Shown here: piece after piece, positions 12,061-25,232 of the stretch | Layout of the letters: each line of letters begins with the position of its first letter | How positions within the stretch are numbered: position 1 is the stretch's first letter | Source: Hamiltosporidium tvaerminnensis FI-OER-3-3 | Taxonomy: Eukaryota; Fungi; Microsporidia | Reading direction: 5' to 3' | Assembly: GCA_022605425.2 (NCBI GenBank) | Contig: CM061246.1 | Span: forward strand, 1,860,001 to 1,924,000 | Length of the DNA: 64,000 bases | Notes under the pieces: model-generated | Told to the model about the DNA's origin: nothing | Database searches by the model: none | The model's input: the letters and a program-made list of their open reading frames with translations, nothing else | Made by a program: the position numbers and the translations under genes

Positions 12061-12482
12061 ATAAGACTTTGATTCCTACTTAGTAGACGCTTTTATCTGA
12101 TGAATAGGGAAAGTTTTCGGCTGGTCAAAAAACTAAACTAATCAAAAGAAAAATGTCTAAAACGCTCAAACCAACAGATTCCTTATTCACTAGCGGGTTG
12201 TATTTTCATCCTTTGAACTGAACAGGTTGTAGAAAAAAAATTTGGTCAAAATCAAATTAAAAATTTTAAAACAGGCCGAATACGGAAAAAAGTGACAAAA
12301 AGCGGTCAGATGAGTGTAATACTAGATTTGATTTGATAAATTTTTACCATTTAAACTGTTGAAAAACTTTATTTGTAATTTGAATACTAAATAAAATATT
12401 TTATTTTGCAAAATCATATTTAATAATTTTAACAAAATTTTAATATCTTCAAGTCATATTTTGAAAAAATAAAATAAATATT

Positions 12483-12842
12483 TTATTGCACAAATGCATA
12501 TTTCAAAATATTTTTCATATCTTCTTCTTCTTCTTTATCAAATGAAAAGAAACAACAACAACTTGGCAGTTTCCTTTTACTTGCATCACACAAATCATTT
12601 TTACTATTAACAAAAATATACGGAACACCTTTTTCTTCACACAAAACCGGTAAATGCGAAATTAAATCCAAAGGAGATACATCTCCTCCCAAAACCATAA
12701 ACCCATTCTTTCCGCCCAATATAGCCTTAGTACACGCACTAGCACCTCTTTTCAATACACCCGCCCTTCTCTTAACTTTTAAAAGTTTTTGTATTTTACC
12801 AGTAATTTTTTCGTTAGCTAAAGGAGACGCAATAGGAATCAT
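12483..12842 (-). CDS. NHP2: H/ACA snoRNP protein Nhp2 (L7Ae family)
   Basis: PIASPLA...LKRG...VLGGDVSPLDLISHLPVLCEEKGVPYIFV. Confidence 0.88.
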   Translation of the reverse strand: MIPIASPLANEKITGKIQKLLKVKRRAGVLKRGASACTKAILGGKNGFMVLGGDVSPLDLISHLPVLCEEKGVPYIFVNSKNDLCDASKRKLPSCCCFFSFDKEEEEDMKNILKYAFVQ

Positions 12843-12887
12843 AAAAGGGTAAAAAAATAAAAAATTAAAAAAAATAAATAAAAAGAT

Positions 12888-13502
12888 TTATCGATACTTA
12901 AGTAAAGAAACCGTATTATTTCTCTTCCAACACGCTTTTCTACTTCCACCTTTGGTTTTATTAAATCTTAAACCTTTACCAAGTCCCCTACTAGATTTTG
13001 TAGCAGATGTAAGTCCTCTAGCCTCACGGTGCTTCTTATCTCCCTTACATATCCAATTAAGTCTAGGATCGTTACGAATACTTTGATTCATTGGATCAAC
13101 CATTATAACTTCATAAAACTTATACACCCAGTCCTGTGCAACCCAATACGAGTTTAAAATTCGATAATTTCCTATTTTTTTTCCAACTTCAATTTCTCCT
13201 AAAGCTTGTAAACTCTTAGAACCTTTTCGTTGCTGAATACCTTGGTTGCTTGGTTTCCCATTTATTATACCTTTTTTTGCTACTCTTTTTGCATTTCCTC
13301 TTTTAACTCGAACTCTGAAAATATAAATACCAGATTTTGCTTTATATCCCAGTTTACGTGCCTTTTCTGGATATGTAGGTCTCATAGCACGATGTACAAC
13401 TGGTCTCTGTCTGTATTCCCATGCTCTTAATCTTAGTAAATATCTCATTACATCAGATTGCTTTTTTTTATGAAGCTCCCGTAGGTAAAAACTTGCACCC
13501 AT
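12888..13502 (-). CDS. RPL15: 60S ribosomal protein L15 (eL15)
   Basis: KKQSDVMRYLLRLRAWEYRQ, ARKLGYKAK, LNSYWVAQD, KHREARGLTSA; 204 aa. Confidence 0.98.
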   Translation of the reverse strand: MGASFYLRELHKKKQSDVMRYLLRLRAWEYRQRPVVHRAMRPTYPEKARKLGYKAKSGIYIFRVRVKRGNAKRVAKKGIINGKPSNQGIQQRKGSKSLQALGEIEVGKKIGNYRILNSYWVAQDWVYKFYEVIMVDPMNQSIRNDPRLNWICKGDKKHREARGLTSATKSSRGLGKGLRFNKTKGGSRKACWKRNNTVSLLKYR

Positions 13503-13929
13503 TAAGGGGTCTGACTTTCAAGTAATTGAAAAAAAAGAAAAAATAATTTTATAAATAATTGAATTGAAAGCAGTTTCTAAAAAAATTATATATTTTACTG
13601 TAAGAACCATCTATTAGACAAAAAAAAACCAAAAAGAAAAAAAATAGTTTTTAAAAAATAACGAAATTACTAAATAAGAAATAAAAGTGACGCTTTATTT
13701 TAATTAATAGAACATTGAAATAATGAATTTATTAAACAAAAATATATTGTATATTACAACTAAACATCAAATACTCTAATTCGTCATTTAAACTTTGTCG
13801 CAAAAACATTTTTATATAAGATGAGATGTAAAATAAAATATTTTACAGTTTTACCGTTGAATATGACTGTCTAAAATTAAAATCAGAATTTATAAAATTT
13901 ATTTAATTTTATTTAAAGAAATTATGTTC

Positions 13930-14145
13930 TATATTCTATATTGTATATTCTAAATTGTATATTCTAAATTGTATATTCTAAATTCTATATTCTTTATTCT
14001 AAATTCTATATTCTAAATTCTATATTCTAAATTCTATATTCTTTATTCTTTATTCTTTATTCTATATTCTTTATTCTTTATTCTTTATTCTTTAATCTTT
14101 GTTCTATATTCTTTATTCTTTGTTCTAATTCTTTATTCTTTATTA
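13930..14145. repeat. Compound 7/14-bp microsatellite (TATATTC/TAAATTC/TTTATTC)
   Basis: Heptamer repeats visible directly. Confidence 0.85.
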
Positions 14146-14308
14146 AATGTTTTTATTTTAGTCTCTTTAGATTATTTTCTATTTTAGCCTATATTCTTGG
14201 TCAATCGAAACAAGAAAAACCTAATTTATATTTTTGATTAAATCGATAGGTTAATATTGTATTTATAACTTTATACTGTAAATATTCTGCTTTGTTAAAA
14301 TAAGTATT

Positions 14309-14361
14309 ACTTTATTTAAAAGTATCACTTTTTTTAAAATAGTGGCAACTGTTATATTTGT
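14309..14361 (-). mobile_element. 3'-terminal stub (~55 bp) of the 730-bp element
   Basis: Matches the element end (acaaatataacagttgccactatttt...gtgatacttttaaataaagt). Flanked by duplicated TTCTGCTTTGTT at 14285 and 14362. Confidence 0.75.
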
Positions 14362-15418
14362 TTCTGCTTTGTTGAAAAATCTTATTTTAGTAAAACCATA
14401 TATTAATATTTCAACAAATTTTAGGTTGGAATCATAATTTGTTATAAAAATTGATTTTATTCTAATGGTATTTGATCTTTAAGGATGTAATTCTTATTTA
14501 GAAATGGATACTTTGTATAATTTGGTACCAAAATTAATATTTAATTTCTATAAATTTATCTAAAATCTTTAGTTTTCTACTTTGAAATAAACCCTGCCTT
14601 CTGATTATTTCATTTCTAAATATTAGTCAATCTTTGCGAGTGCTTATGCTTTAATAGTTTAAAATATTCAGATTTATAGATTTTAGAAGCCCTATATGGC
14701 AGTGTATATTCTAAATATTTAAGTTTTATTTAAGTGTCTGATTAAAACTTATTTCTCCGATTTTCTTCGTTTTGCTAACAAATCAATCTTAGAAATAAAA
14801 ATTAATAAAACACTTTAATAGATTTTTAAATCCTATGTATTGAATTCTATTAATAGATCAACTAAAAAAAGCTATTTAAAAAGGAAATACCTAGCTATAT
14901 TAAAATTACGAGATATCATATAATAACCTATGATTCTGATAAAAATTATATTCCCAATCCTAATTTTTCTAACTTTACTAACTTTTCTTGAAAATATTAA
15001 TTAATCAACCTTTTTTTTGCTCGTTTAATATATTTATATCTCAGATAAATTAAATATAACAGTATTTTCCCTTTTATAGTCTTTGAATCGAGTTTTTTAA
15101 ATAAAAATTCTAACAAATTTGCTTTCTAATTTTATATTTGTCCAAAATTTAATCTCATCTAGTAAATTCATTTATATATTATAAGTTACAAAATATTACC
15201 ATTATACTTTTAATGATATCATATCGTTTATCCAATCTAAAAAAGAAATAATCTTTTTATTTCTCTATATACCCAATCTCTTATTATTAAACACAGCTAC
15301 TAATATGTTAATATCAAAGTCTATATTAATTCAATTCGGATACTTGTTATATATTTTTAATTTAATTAATTTTACATTTTTTTAGATTTATATAAGCTAT
15401 ATATTTCAAAACCAACTA

Positions 15419-18400
15419 TTTAATAAAATAATTCTGGGTTAAAATATTTTTAACATTTTTATATGTTTTCTTCTACCTCTTTAACCACTATTGTCTCTTC
15501 TTCCAAATCCGACTCTTCATTTATGTTATTGGTCGGTTCCTCTAAAGTGGTTCCTCCTTGTGAAATAAAGGGTGTACTATTTTTTGGTTTAAAATTTTTT
15601 GCATCATCTTCCTCTCTCTTCTCTCCTTTTAAAGGGGGTGTTGGTTCCTCATGCATCTCTGATCTCATAATAACACCCATTGACGCTCTCTCCCAGCTCT
15701 CTTCGGCATTTAGTCCTGACTCAAGTCCTCTTCGTCGATCAAAGGAAATTGTTTCGACTGTTTTCTTAAGTACTATAGACTGAATGTATGCCTCTACATT
15801 CATGGGTATTTCTAGTCTTTTAAGATGAGATTTATAGTATTTTGTCACAATACCGTCCCAGTTCATCACATAAGGGATTATCTCAACACTACACTTGTAA
15901 ATAAGATCCAACTCATTGGCTAGCAGGTCATACTTCCTAAGTTTTTCACTTTCAACTATTTGAAGTGAATCTTAGGAAGTGAATCCTACTTCAATGAGTG
16001 TTATCTTATTCTTCTTCTTATCTAAAATAAATATGTCGGGTCTGTTATTCCGAATTGTAACATCAGTTTTTATTCTGGTGTCTACTCTTATCTCTGGATA
16101 CTCATTATCAAGAATTTCTTGAACTGAGTGACTCCTAATTCGTTTTGAAGACTTAAACTTATATCTATTGAAGAGAAATAAGTGTACGCATCTAACCACT
16201 TCATTATGCCGTCTGGTGTAGTCATGGTCTAGCATTTTTTCACATCGAGTTGCTAGATGATCTACTGTCTTACCAGACTTCCCGCAGTGTTGACACATAC
16301 CATCTGCTCTCCAGAATACATTTCTATCCTGGATATAGCAGAACACAGCTTCATTTCGTAGCCTAATATTCCCTCTCTTTAGCCATCTTGAAGAGTCACT
16401 AACACTTACAAGCTCATTTTTTCTTGCATTATATAACTTTGAATGGAGTTTTCGTTTTTCTATTTCGTTATATAGTTTTGCAAGTTGAGCTTCTTCTAAA
16501 CTTTTCTTAGTGACTTCTTCTACCAACCTTTACTTTACTTTTAAGAAGCCTTTTATTAGTGCAAGATGGATTTTATTATTATTCTCCACCTTGTGGATTG
16601 CTGCTCGTCTATTTGATATTTCTTTACTTTTTTCCAGACAATCCAAGAGTTGCAGAAGCATATGTTCGCTTCGCAACTCAACACTATGTAGGCCTCTTCC
16701 AAGTTCTGTTCTAGGAAGGTATAAACGCTCTTTACATCCTGGGCGGAGATGTATCTTATTCTTCACCAACACCGCACGCACTGCATCATCCAACTTAGAG
16801 AAGTCAGCTGGTTCAAGTCGAAGTACTCCTATGTGATAGTTGATTCACGATATCGCCTGTTGATTGATTGATTGCAGAAAATAAATTTTTTGCGTTTAAT
16901 CTAGTGTGACTCAGTCTTTCAACTCTTGCTATCAGTTTGCTCTGTACTTCTTCAAATGAGCTACGTGTTGGGATTCCTCTGCTATCTTCTATTATTCCTA
17001 AATATTTGTAAACACTAACACCTTCTAGAAGAGTAGCAGTATCTTCACAACACTTATCATTTGTGGCTGACTTCTCTTTGTTAATCTCTAACCCAATCAC
17101 CTCTAAAAATTCCTTTGCCTCGTCTGTCATAGCACTCAATGTCGAACTGTCTTTAGCAAGGAGCTTTAGATCATCAATAAACAAGAGATGATTAGTAGAA
17201 TGGGATTCTGCATCTGTTTGTACTGTCACTTTTGTGTATTTTTCATTAAGCTTTCGGCTTAATGGATCCATACACAACACAAATAACAAAGGTGACAAAC
17301 TATCTCCTTGTAGAATCCCTCTATCAATCTTCTTGCTCATGATTTTTTCAGGCCCTACTGATATATCAATTTTCCATTTTGATATAATTACCTTAATAAA
17401 TTTCAGGGTCCAATAAGGTAAATTAAGGTTTTCAATGCATTGAGTTAAATAAGCATGATCTATTGAATCATAAGCTTTTTTAACATCAATCCATGTTGCC
17501 TTAAGATTATTTCCATACTCTTTATTTAAGGCAATATTCAGTAGAGCCTGCTCTTTCGCTCCCTGCACACCTCTTACCGCCCCTATTTGGTTCTCTGCAA
17601 GCAACCCTCGCCTTTACACTTCAATTTGAACGACTTTCGTTACACACTTTGCTGTTAACTTATAGAGGTTGGACATACAAGTGATTGGCCTGTAGTCAGA
17701 GCCTCTTCGTGGAATTCCTTTCGGTATCAAATACGTAAGCCCGCAGTAAAACCAATCAGCTTGAGTTGTTCCTTCTAAACATATAACTTTCAAAATATCA
17801 TAAATATATTTGTGAAGAGTTGTAAGTTTCTTATTGAAAAAATTGTAAATACCATCAATTCGAGCAGCTTTACAATTAGGGAGCCAATTAATGATATTTA
17901 CAAATTCATCAAGTGAAGGAAACGTGGTCGGATGATTATCTGATACAAATGGAATCAAATAATTCTCGCTCGTGACTGTGTCATCATTTTTGTTCCAGAT
18001 TGTAGACTAAAAACTCACAATTTCATCACGACTAACCACATGCTCGGATTCCACACGCTCAGATAACCCACGATAAAATCGACCTCGGAAAAGCTCAAAC
18101 ATACGATTCTCTTTTCGGAATTGCTTCCTACTTTCATACATCGTAATTTTTTTCTCGTAAACATTCAAAGACACATTCTTCTTAACTAAAGCCTCAGAAA
18201 GATCAGTTACACTACTCAAGTTTAAATTAAACTCTCGCATGATTTTCTTAAGGCTCTTCGTTTCCGAAGTGGAGAGCTTTTCCTGCTTACGAGCCTTCTC
18301 GAGAAGATCTTTGGAAAGTACTAACTTAGAAATTTTACTTTCTATTTTTTCCTTCCAAGCGGATCTAGGCTTTTCTTTGCGTGTTGCCTCGTCATAGCAT

Positions 18401-19229
18401 ACCTGCGCAGCTTGCATGATATACGCGGCTTCCGTAATTGACTCAGGTACATGAGCTCCTGCATATTCACCGACTACTCGATTAATGAGATCCAGAACTT
18501 TACTATCAACCAACTCATTTGGATGTTTTCTAGTTCGGACCACCACGTTTCTAATTTCCTTCATCGAGATTTCTTTGATTTTACTCAAAAATTTATCTCT
18601 CGGGTTTATGTACTCCGTGGTGTCGGTCAAGGTGCATGTATCAGCGAGACAAGTGGCGATTCTACGTCGCTCTCCATTCTCTTCTGATTTTACTTCCTTT
18701 CCCATCTCACCTTGTGCCAATTTTTTTAACACTTCGAGAGTTTCAGTGCAGCTGAATTTCTCATTATAGTGCCTGTGAAGCTCTGTCCAGCCACTTCATG
18801 GCATTCTTTCAAACCTTGTCTGTACTGCAAAAAAAACAATTCGAGGCCATTCCTTCGGGTCGGCTGTTACGGAATCGAATATCGTCCGCAATGCCATTAG
18901 CCTGTTACCTTCCGGAATAGCTAGAGCACAGGGGCTTGTCATGTCGTACGATGGCTCGCACGCAGAGACTTCAACCGAAGAGGGAACTGGTGTATTAGGC
19001 GAAAGTAAGGTGTCAAGCCCACTATTTTGCATTTTACTGCATGTTTGGCTTGGTGGTTGAGGTGTTATTGTTGTGTAGGAGGAGGAAGGTAGGGGAATCG
19101 CCGGTGGGTGTAGCTTACATTTTTGTATCTCACTATCACTCTTTTTCACCTCATCAGCGTCGTTTGCAGCCTTTATTTTGGTATTTTTCGATATTTCGCT
19201 GCTAACATTTTTCTTTCTACCCATTATCC
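15419..19229 (-). mobile_element. Near-complete R4/Dong-like non-LTR retrotransposon (RT, CCHC knuckle, RLE); single ORF broken by stops and frameshifts
   Basis: YRPITCM, WIDVKKAYDS, ILQGDSLSPLLF, LFIDDLKL and YKYLG RT motifs; CQHC-x8-H-x4-C knuckle; RPDI...IEVG restriction-like endonuclease; short 3' UTR ending ttttattaaat. Confidence 0.93.
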
Positions 19230-19953
19230 TAATTTATAAAATCTAACTTATAATATTTTTTAACATTCTTAGCCCACGATATGTCTTTTATTATGCTGAT
19301 GGCTTCTTTAGAGAATTTAAATATTTCCAATATTTCAACCAGAACCATTTTAGATAGATCAATATATTTTGGTTGGTCAAGGTTTTGCAATTTCTTGGAT
19401 GTAAAATTCCTTTCTTTGATCGGAACGGAATTGAATATAATCGAACACCATATAAATCGAATTAAGTTTTTGAAGGAACTGTTCCTTTCAAACTTAAAAA
19501 TGTTTAAAATTTTTATAAACAGAAGATATTTTTCTTCATTTATATTATCGATCAAATAAGGAAATTCTAATATTGTTTTATAAAAGTAGAAAAATTCTTC
19601 AAAGGTAATAATATTTGCAGAAATATATAAGTTTTGATCGTTTTTCTCGCCAAATCTACTCTCTGTTGGAAACTTAAATGGAAAAGCATCCATGTCAATC
19701 ACAAATGTTTCTAGGAGTTTACAATTTGAAATTCGACAATATTTTTTATATTTGCCATCTAAAGAATCTAAACACAGGTAAGATTCTAAAATGATACTTT
19801 CTGATGTCAAAGCCTTGTCAGCATTTTTCTCAAAAAAATAAGATTTAATGTCTTCTGAGTAATTATAAATCTCAAAGTTAATATAATCAACAATGAACCA
19901 AAATATAGGTTTGTGTTTATAAGAAATTGCATCAAAGATCCGATATTAAACAT
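19229..19953 (-). pseudogene. 5' part of a lineage-specific host gene interrupted by the retrotransposon
   Basis: CCC motif and ATG at 19953, an early frame break, then a 193-aa open segment that stops at the element junction. Decayed coding-like sequence continues below 15418. Confidence 0.55.
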
Positions 19954-20599
19954 ATTTAAGGGAAACGAGATATTAATTATATAGAGATGATGTTATACAT
20001 TATCATAAAAAATTTAATATAAATGCATAAAGATTTGGTCTTGGAAATTTTATCTATATTTTGTTGCGATAAAAAAAAAGAATTTTTTTTCAAATTTTGA
20101 ACTATTTTAATTTAAATTTATTAACTTAATAAATTAAAGAATTCAATTTCTAATATGGTTTTTAATTAGTTTAACTGAACATTATTTTTGATGTTGTTCG
20201 ATTTTAGTAACTCTTGATCTAACAAATAATTTTTAAACATTATGCGAATAATTAACAACTAAAGTTTTGATATCAAGTATTTTTGTCAATATTTGAAATG
20301 TAAAATGTTTCTATGTTATCATACTAAACACCAATGATTCTTAATTGAAAAAAAAACGTACCACTGTTAATAAATAAATAAGCATTGCTAGATAGCATAT
20401 AATGAATTTTAAATTACAGATAAAATACCAAAAAAAGCTTTGCATCATATTAAATTTTATGGCGAAATAATAATACGTATTAATTTAAGAATTTATGTTT
20501 TAAACTATAAAATATCTGTATTTGCAATTCGTAATTTTCTTTGTAATGCATAGAGTATTTCGTAGTTATGGCGCATAATTTAATATTCTAACTGTCAAA

Positions 20600-22250
20600 A
20601 TAAATAAACAAGCTATAGAAACGTATTTCCGATCGAGAAGAAATCTTATTTCATTTCAGTCTTCAATAAGCTTAGTCTTTGTCCGAACAAAAATCATTTG
20701 GTATGTATTTCGTGATCTATAGCTATTTGATAATAAAAAAAAGGTTATCATTCTCGTTTATATATGCACCTTGCTTGTTTGGTTTAAATTCGCAGCTTTC
20801 TGCCCGTTACCCTGGCCGATTCATTTATCATTGACATGTTTTAGAATTAATTCACACTATATATAAGCTAATACAATCCAAAACCGATTTTTAATCTACT
20901 GATACACAAAACGAACAAAACCGGTATTACCAATTAATGATGGCTATATTGATGACCTTTTTCTGAAATAGAAATCTGATAACTATGAATTAAAGATTTT
21001 ACAAGAGCAAAAACTTCTTTGAATATTTTGCGCTAAAATTGTGGACTTGAAAGGCCTAGAATAGATATATCTTATGTTGGTTTTGATTGAAACGGAGTCA
21101 CAAATATGCTAGATTATTCGCAAGATCTATGGAAAAGAACATAATAATGCTGTATGTATATGTGGCTTTGCAAAACAAGTTTATAAAATTTGGTAAGATT
21201 AGAGCAAAAAAAACATTTTTATTATTGATTCATTCATCCTCGGCACTGTAGCCCTACAGGAGCCCTGGCTTACCTCAGTAATACCGCCGACCGGTTTTTT
21301 TCTGGTAAATTTGTTTACTTTTTTGGGTTTCGTAACAAGGAGGTTCTAAATGGTGGGTTGTAAACCCTACGCCCAACCTGGAGAACCAGTTCTTTTTAGT
21401 CGCTTCTTCGACAGACAGTTAATTCACCAAGCCAATTCTGTACCCAGCATGGTGGGAAGGGGGGAGGGATCGAACATGGCTCTTCAGAATTGAATTTCGA
21501 TATCCGCATCACTAGACCAGTGGCACAGGGTCTTTATATTCATCTCTATAAAAAACACGATAGATTATCGGTATTAGCCCAAAACTTCAGGATAACAAAA
21601 GAAGTAAGACGCTGTTAAAAATAACCCGAATATTGATATATAAATTTCATAAAAACATGATTATGGTGTCATAGCTTATTACCATTTATACAATCGAGTA
21701 ATTTCTTAACTTGGCTCATTTCGAAATGTTTATTGGTCTAAAAAAGTATGAAAACGATTACAGTATTCCGATGAAATTCATGACTCTTTAATTCGTTCAT
21801 AAATTCTTATAAAATCAATAACAATATGTGGAAATATAAAATGAAACACTTCCAAACGTTAAATGGTGCAAATAAATGGTTACACACATTATTAAACAAC
21901 ATTTCTAGATTTTAGTATGTAATTGAATTGCATTAATAAATATATTTCTTTTTTTTTAAGTAAAAATGAATGTAATAATATTATAGAATTTCTTTTAAGT
22001 TTTTTACAGATAGATAAACAATTCTATAGTAGAACCAATGTTTAAAGCTTTTTCGGCATGAACATATTATTATTCTTGATAATCGTTGAATAAAACAACT
22101 AAACTTCAAATAGTATCATTAAATTTCATACCGGGCAAAATTAATAGATTTTTCATAAAAATGACTAAGAATAGATACAATACACGAATTACCTTTTACA
22201 ACATATTGTTAAAAATAACAGTTTTTGCAGACACAGAAATCAATTCACAT
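20600..22250 (+). mobile_element. Possible decayed hAT transposase relic
   Basis: Weak remnants resembling VGF..DG..NM and YV(H)CFA(H)KL around 21075-21185. Boundaries uncertain. Confidence 0.3.
21228..21530 (-). mobile_element. tRNA-headed SINE with RTE-like body and tail
   Basis: A-box-like TGGTCTAGTGA (21519-21509) and B-box GTTCGATCC (21475-21467). Body shared with two other copies. Tail GGGCTACAGTGCCGAGGATGAATGAAT. Confidence 0.75.
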
Positions 22251-24276
22251 GAAAATTTTCTACACAGAAAAAAGACTGAATGGAATAAAAATAGGCGATA
22301 AAGTGAACAGAATAGACATATATATAATGCCGAACTGAACCTTTAAAAAATTAAACGTAAATAAAAAAGAAGAGGAAAATATGCAGTTTAAAAATGAACC
22401 TAGGTTTTATTAGAAAACTTCTCAAGAGTGAAAATAATTCTGATTTGAAAGACCAAGCAAATATGTGAGCAAAAGATGTGGAGAAGGTATAAAAACCTAC
22501 TTTACAATATTATGAAAGTATAACTCAATTAAGAAGTTTAAAATGATAAATCTACTTTGTTTTTTTTATGAATATAAAATTAAGTTCGTTTCACGACCTT
22601 ACCAGCTAGTATATTTTAATAAATTATCTTATTGAAAATAAAAATATCATTAATAGCATATTGAGACTTATCGGTGTATTTAAGAACATCTAAGATTTAA
22701 TATAAAAAATGATTCGGTTTTGATAAATTCTTAATTCAAATTTATTATTTATTGTGTAATAATCCAAAGCAGAAATATATGCTGAAAAGCGGTTCAATGT
22801 AACTCTCAAAATAATGAAAATTCTAAGAAAATAGTATTGAATAATATAACACAGTGACGAGGAACTGTTGTTTAAAATACGCTAAATATAATATGATGCT
22901 TATTCGGAAGAAAAACATTAGGTTAAATTTCTAAATTCTTACTTTGATTGTATTTTAAATAATGTATTTAACTATACAATTTTCCAAAATTTATTTAGAA
23001 AAAAATTCAATACCGGCGCTTCAAATATTTCAGGATTCTTACTCTTTTCTTTCAAAAAGCAATCTTTAATTCAGTAGCGAAACCAAATTTCAAAGGTAAA
23101 CCAATAAGGAATTATTGCGGATTTCAGAATAGTTTAATTGTGTTATTTGCTTTAATTGTATTTTTTTATGTATGTGTATAAAGCTCAATTCAGAGGACTC
23201 TGATATTGTATTAAGATCAAATGATTGTGTCTAAAATTATTGTTTCGAAAATCTAGGAAATATATATGACTTTGCAAAATTAAAATAGACAAATATGTAA
23301 AGTATAATATTGAGCAAAACATAATATCAAGTGAAAAAAATTTCTCTTTTCATAATGATCAACGCTTATGAGTTAAATTTTGCAGTTTCTAAAGTATCGA
23401 ATTATATTCTTTAGATTTGTAATTTTCTACAGTCTAAATCGTCACTGTAAAGTCTAATGTTGAAAAAATTTATATATTCGTCTATTCGAATTAAAATATG
23501 TAATGTACAAGAAATATTTGCAAATATATTTGCAATAATAAGAGTTATATTCCATATTAAAATCAGTTATATATACTCGAAAAATGATCGAGACAACGCT
23601 ACAAACCCATAAGCTTTTTATAATTTGTTTTAAACCATGGATAATAATCAAAATCTCATAACTTATTTACGGTTGTGTCAAATATTATCTTTAGATGTAG
23701 TTTGATAAATTTCTACCTAAAAATTTTTACTGATATTCTACTTATTAATACGATTTTTCTTCAAAAAGGTAAAGGTCAATCATTTTAGCAAAAACATAAT
23801 ATTGGTACTCAAAAAGCAAGAAATTCTCATTAGTTTGATCAAATAATAGATTAAGAAACATTATAAACCCGCAAATTTTTATGAATATAATACAAATACA
23901 ACTGTAGAAAGACACAAACAGCACAATATAATATATTTAGTAAATTCAATTATTTAAATGTAAAAATAAAATACGAAACTTGATTTTGTTTCAAAATTTG
24001 AAACATTAATGGTAGATTGAGGATTCAAAAACGGATCAGCATAAAGAAAGTCACTTACCACATTTGGTATTAAACTATTATCGATATAGTATTATTATTA
24101 TCTGATAGTATGATATATAATTTTGAAATTTAAATTGCTATATAAATAATATGGATATCATTAAAACACCAAACCTCGAATTATATTTTATTTATTCTAT
24201 AGGAAGGAAATTAGTTTTTAAAGATTTTTTTAAATATCTTACTTCATATTAAACATAAGAAATATAGTACCCATCC

Positions 24277-24325
24277 AATATTTGTTAAGTAAATCATATA
24301 TTTATAAATTTACTTAACAAATATT
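24277..24325. repeat. Perfect 18-bp inverted repeat with 13-nt spacer
   Basis: AATATTTGTTAAGTAAAT / ATTTACTTAACAAATATT. Confidence 0.9.
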
Positions 24326-25232
24326 ATTTCTAGATATATATAAGATATTAATTTACAGTATATTAAAATTTCAATATGCTTTCTATATTATATTTTCTTT
24401 TTTCTTTTAGATTAAATTTTTATGGATACGCGGTAGAAATAAAAAAAATCGAGCTACAATATTTTCGAATCAATTAGTAAAAATTTATGCCATCTTAAAT
24501 TTACGAAAAATATTAAATAAATCACTTATGAATTTAAATGAAAATTTATTTAAAAAATTGATTCATAATATATGTAATTTTATATGTACAAAAATATATG
24601 GAAATAAAGGATTGAAGATATAACATCTTTAATAAGTTTCTATTAAATAAGTGCATCAATCGTTTCATTTTTATTTATGGGGAAAAAACGCAAAAAAAAC
24701 TTGTGACCGACCTTTGACTGATTTACGTTTAGAAACAAATCAAGGAAGGCCATCAAAATTGATATTTTACATTATATATTTTTTAAATTTTAAAAAAAAA
24801 ATAATTACTGTGGTTCGTATTACGCAAATAAAGCAAATAATAATTTATAAAGTAAATTACTTTCCATTTAAATCTAATTCATATTATTCCAATCAAAAGT
24901 TCTGATTTTTTAACGGAAAACCCCAACATTTAAAAAAATATCTGCAGAATTTTGATAGATTCAAAATTTATAATGGACTGATCGGTCAAAAGAAAAAGAC
25001 TTTGAGCACACAATCATATATTAATACGATAAAAAACGATCAATCAGTTTTGTTCATTATAAAATGCCCAAAATACGTCGATTTATTGCACTTATTGAGT
25101 GTTTCTCTTGAATAGAACTCTTTATGCGTTTTCAGAAGTATTTAATCTATTAAAAAAAATAATAAGTCTTCAGCTATTCAGATATATATTCTGAAAGATC
25201 TTTTAATTCGTACAAGTTTGATTATAATTAAT

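Noticed and set aside
21461-21530. Functional tRNA gene
   Set aside because: A and B boxes are present, but the acceptor and T stems do not pair; treated as a SINE head.
24700-24995. Imperfect inverted repeat (cctttgactgat / atcggtcaaaag) suggesting a MITE
   Set aside because: Short and mismatched, with no TSD and no second copy in the window.
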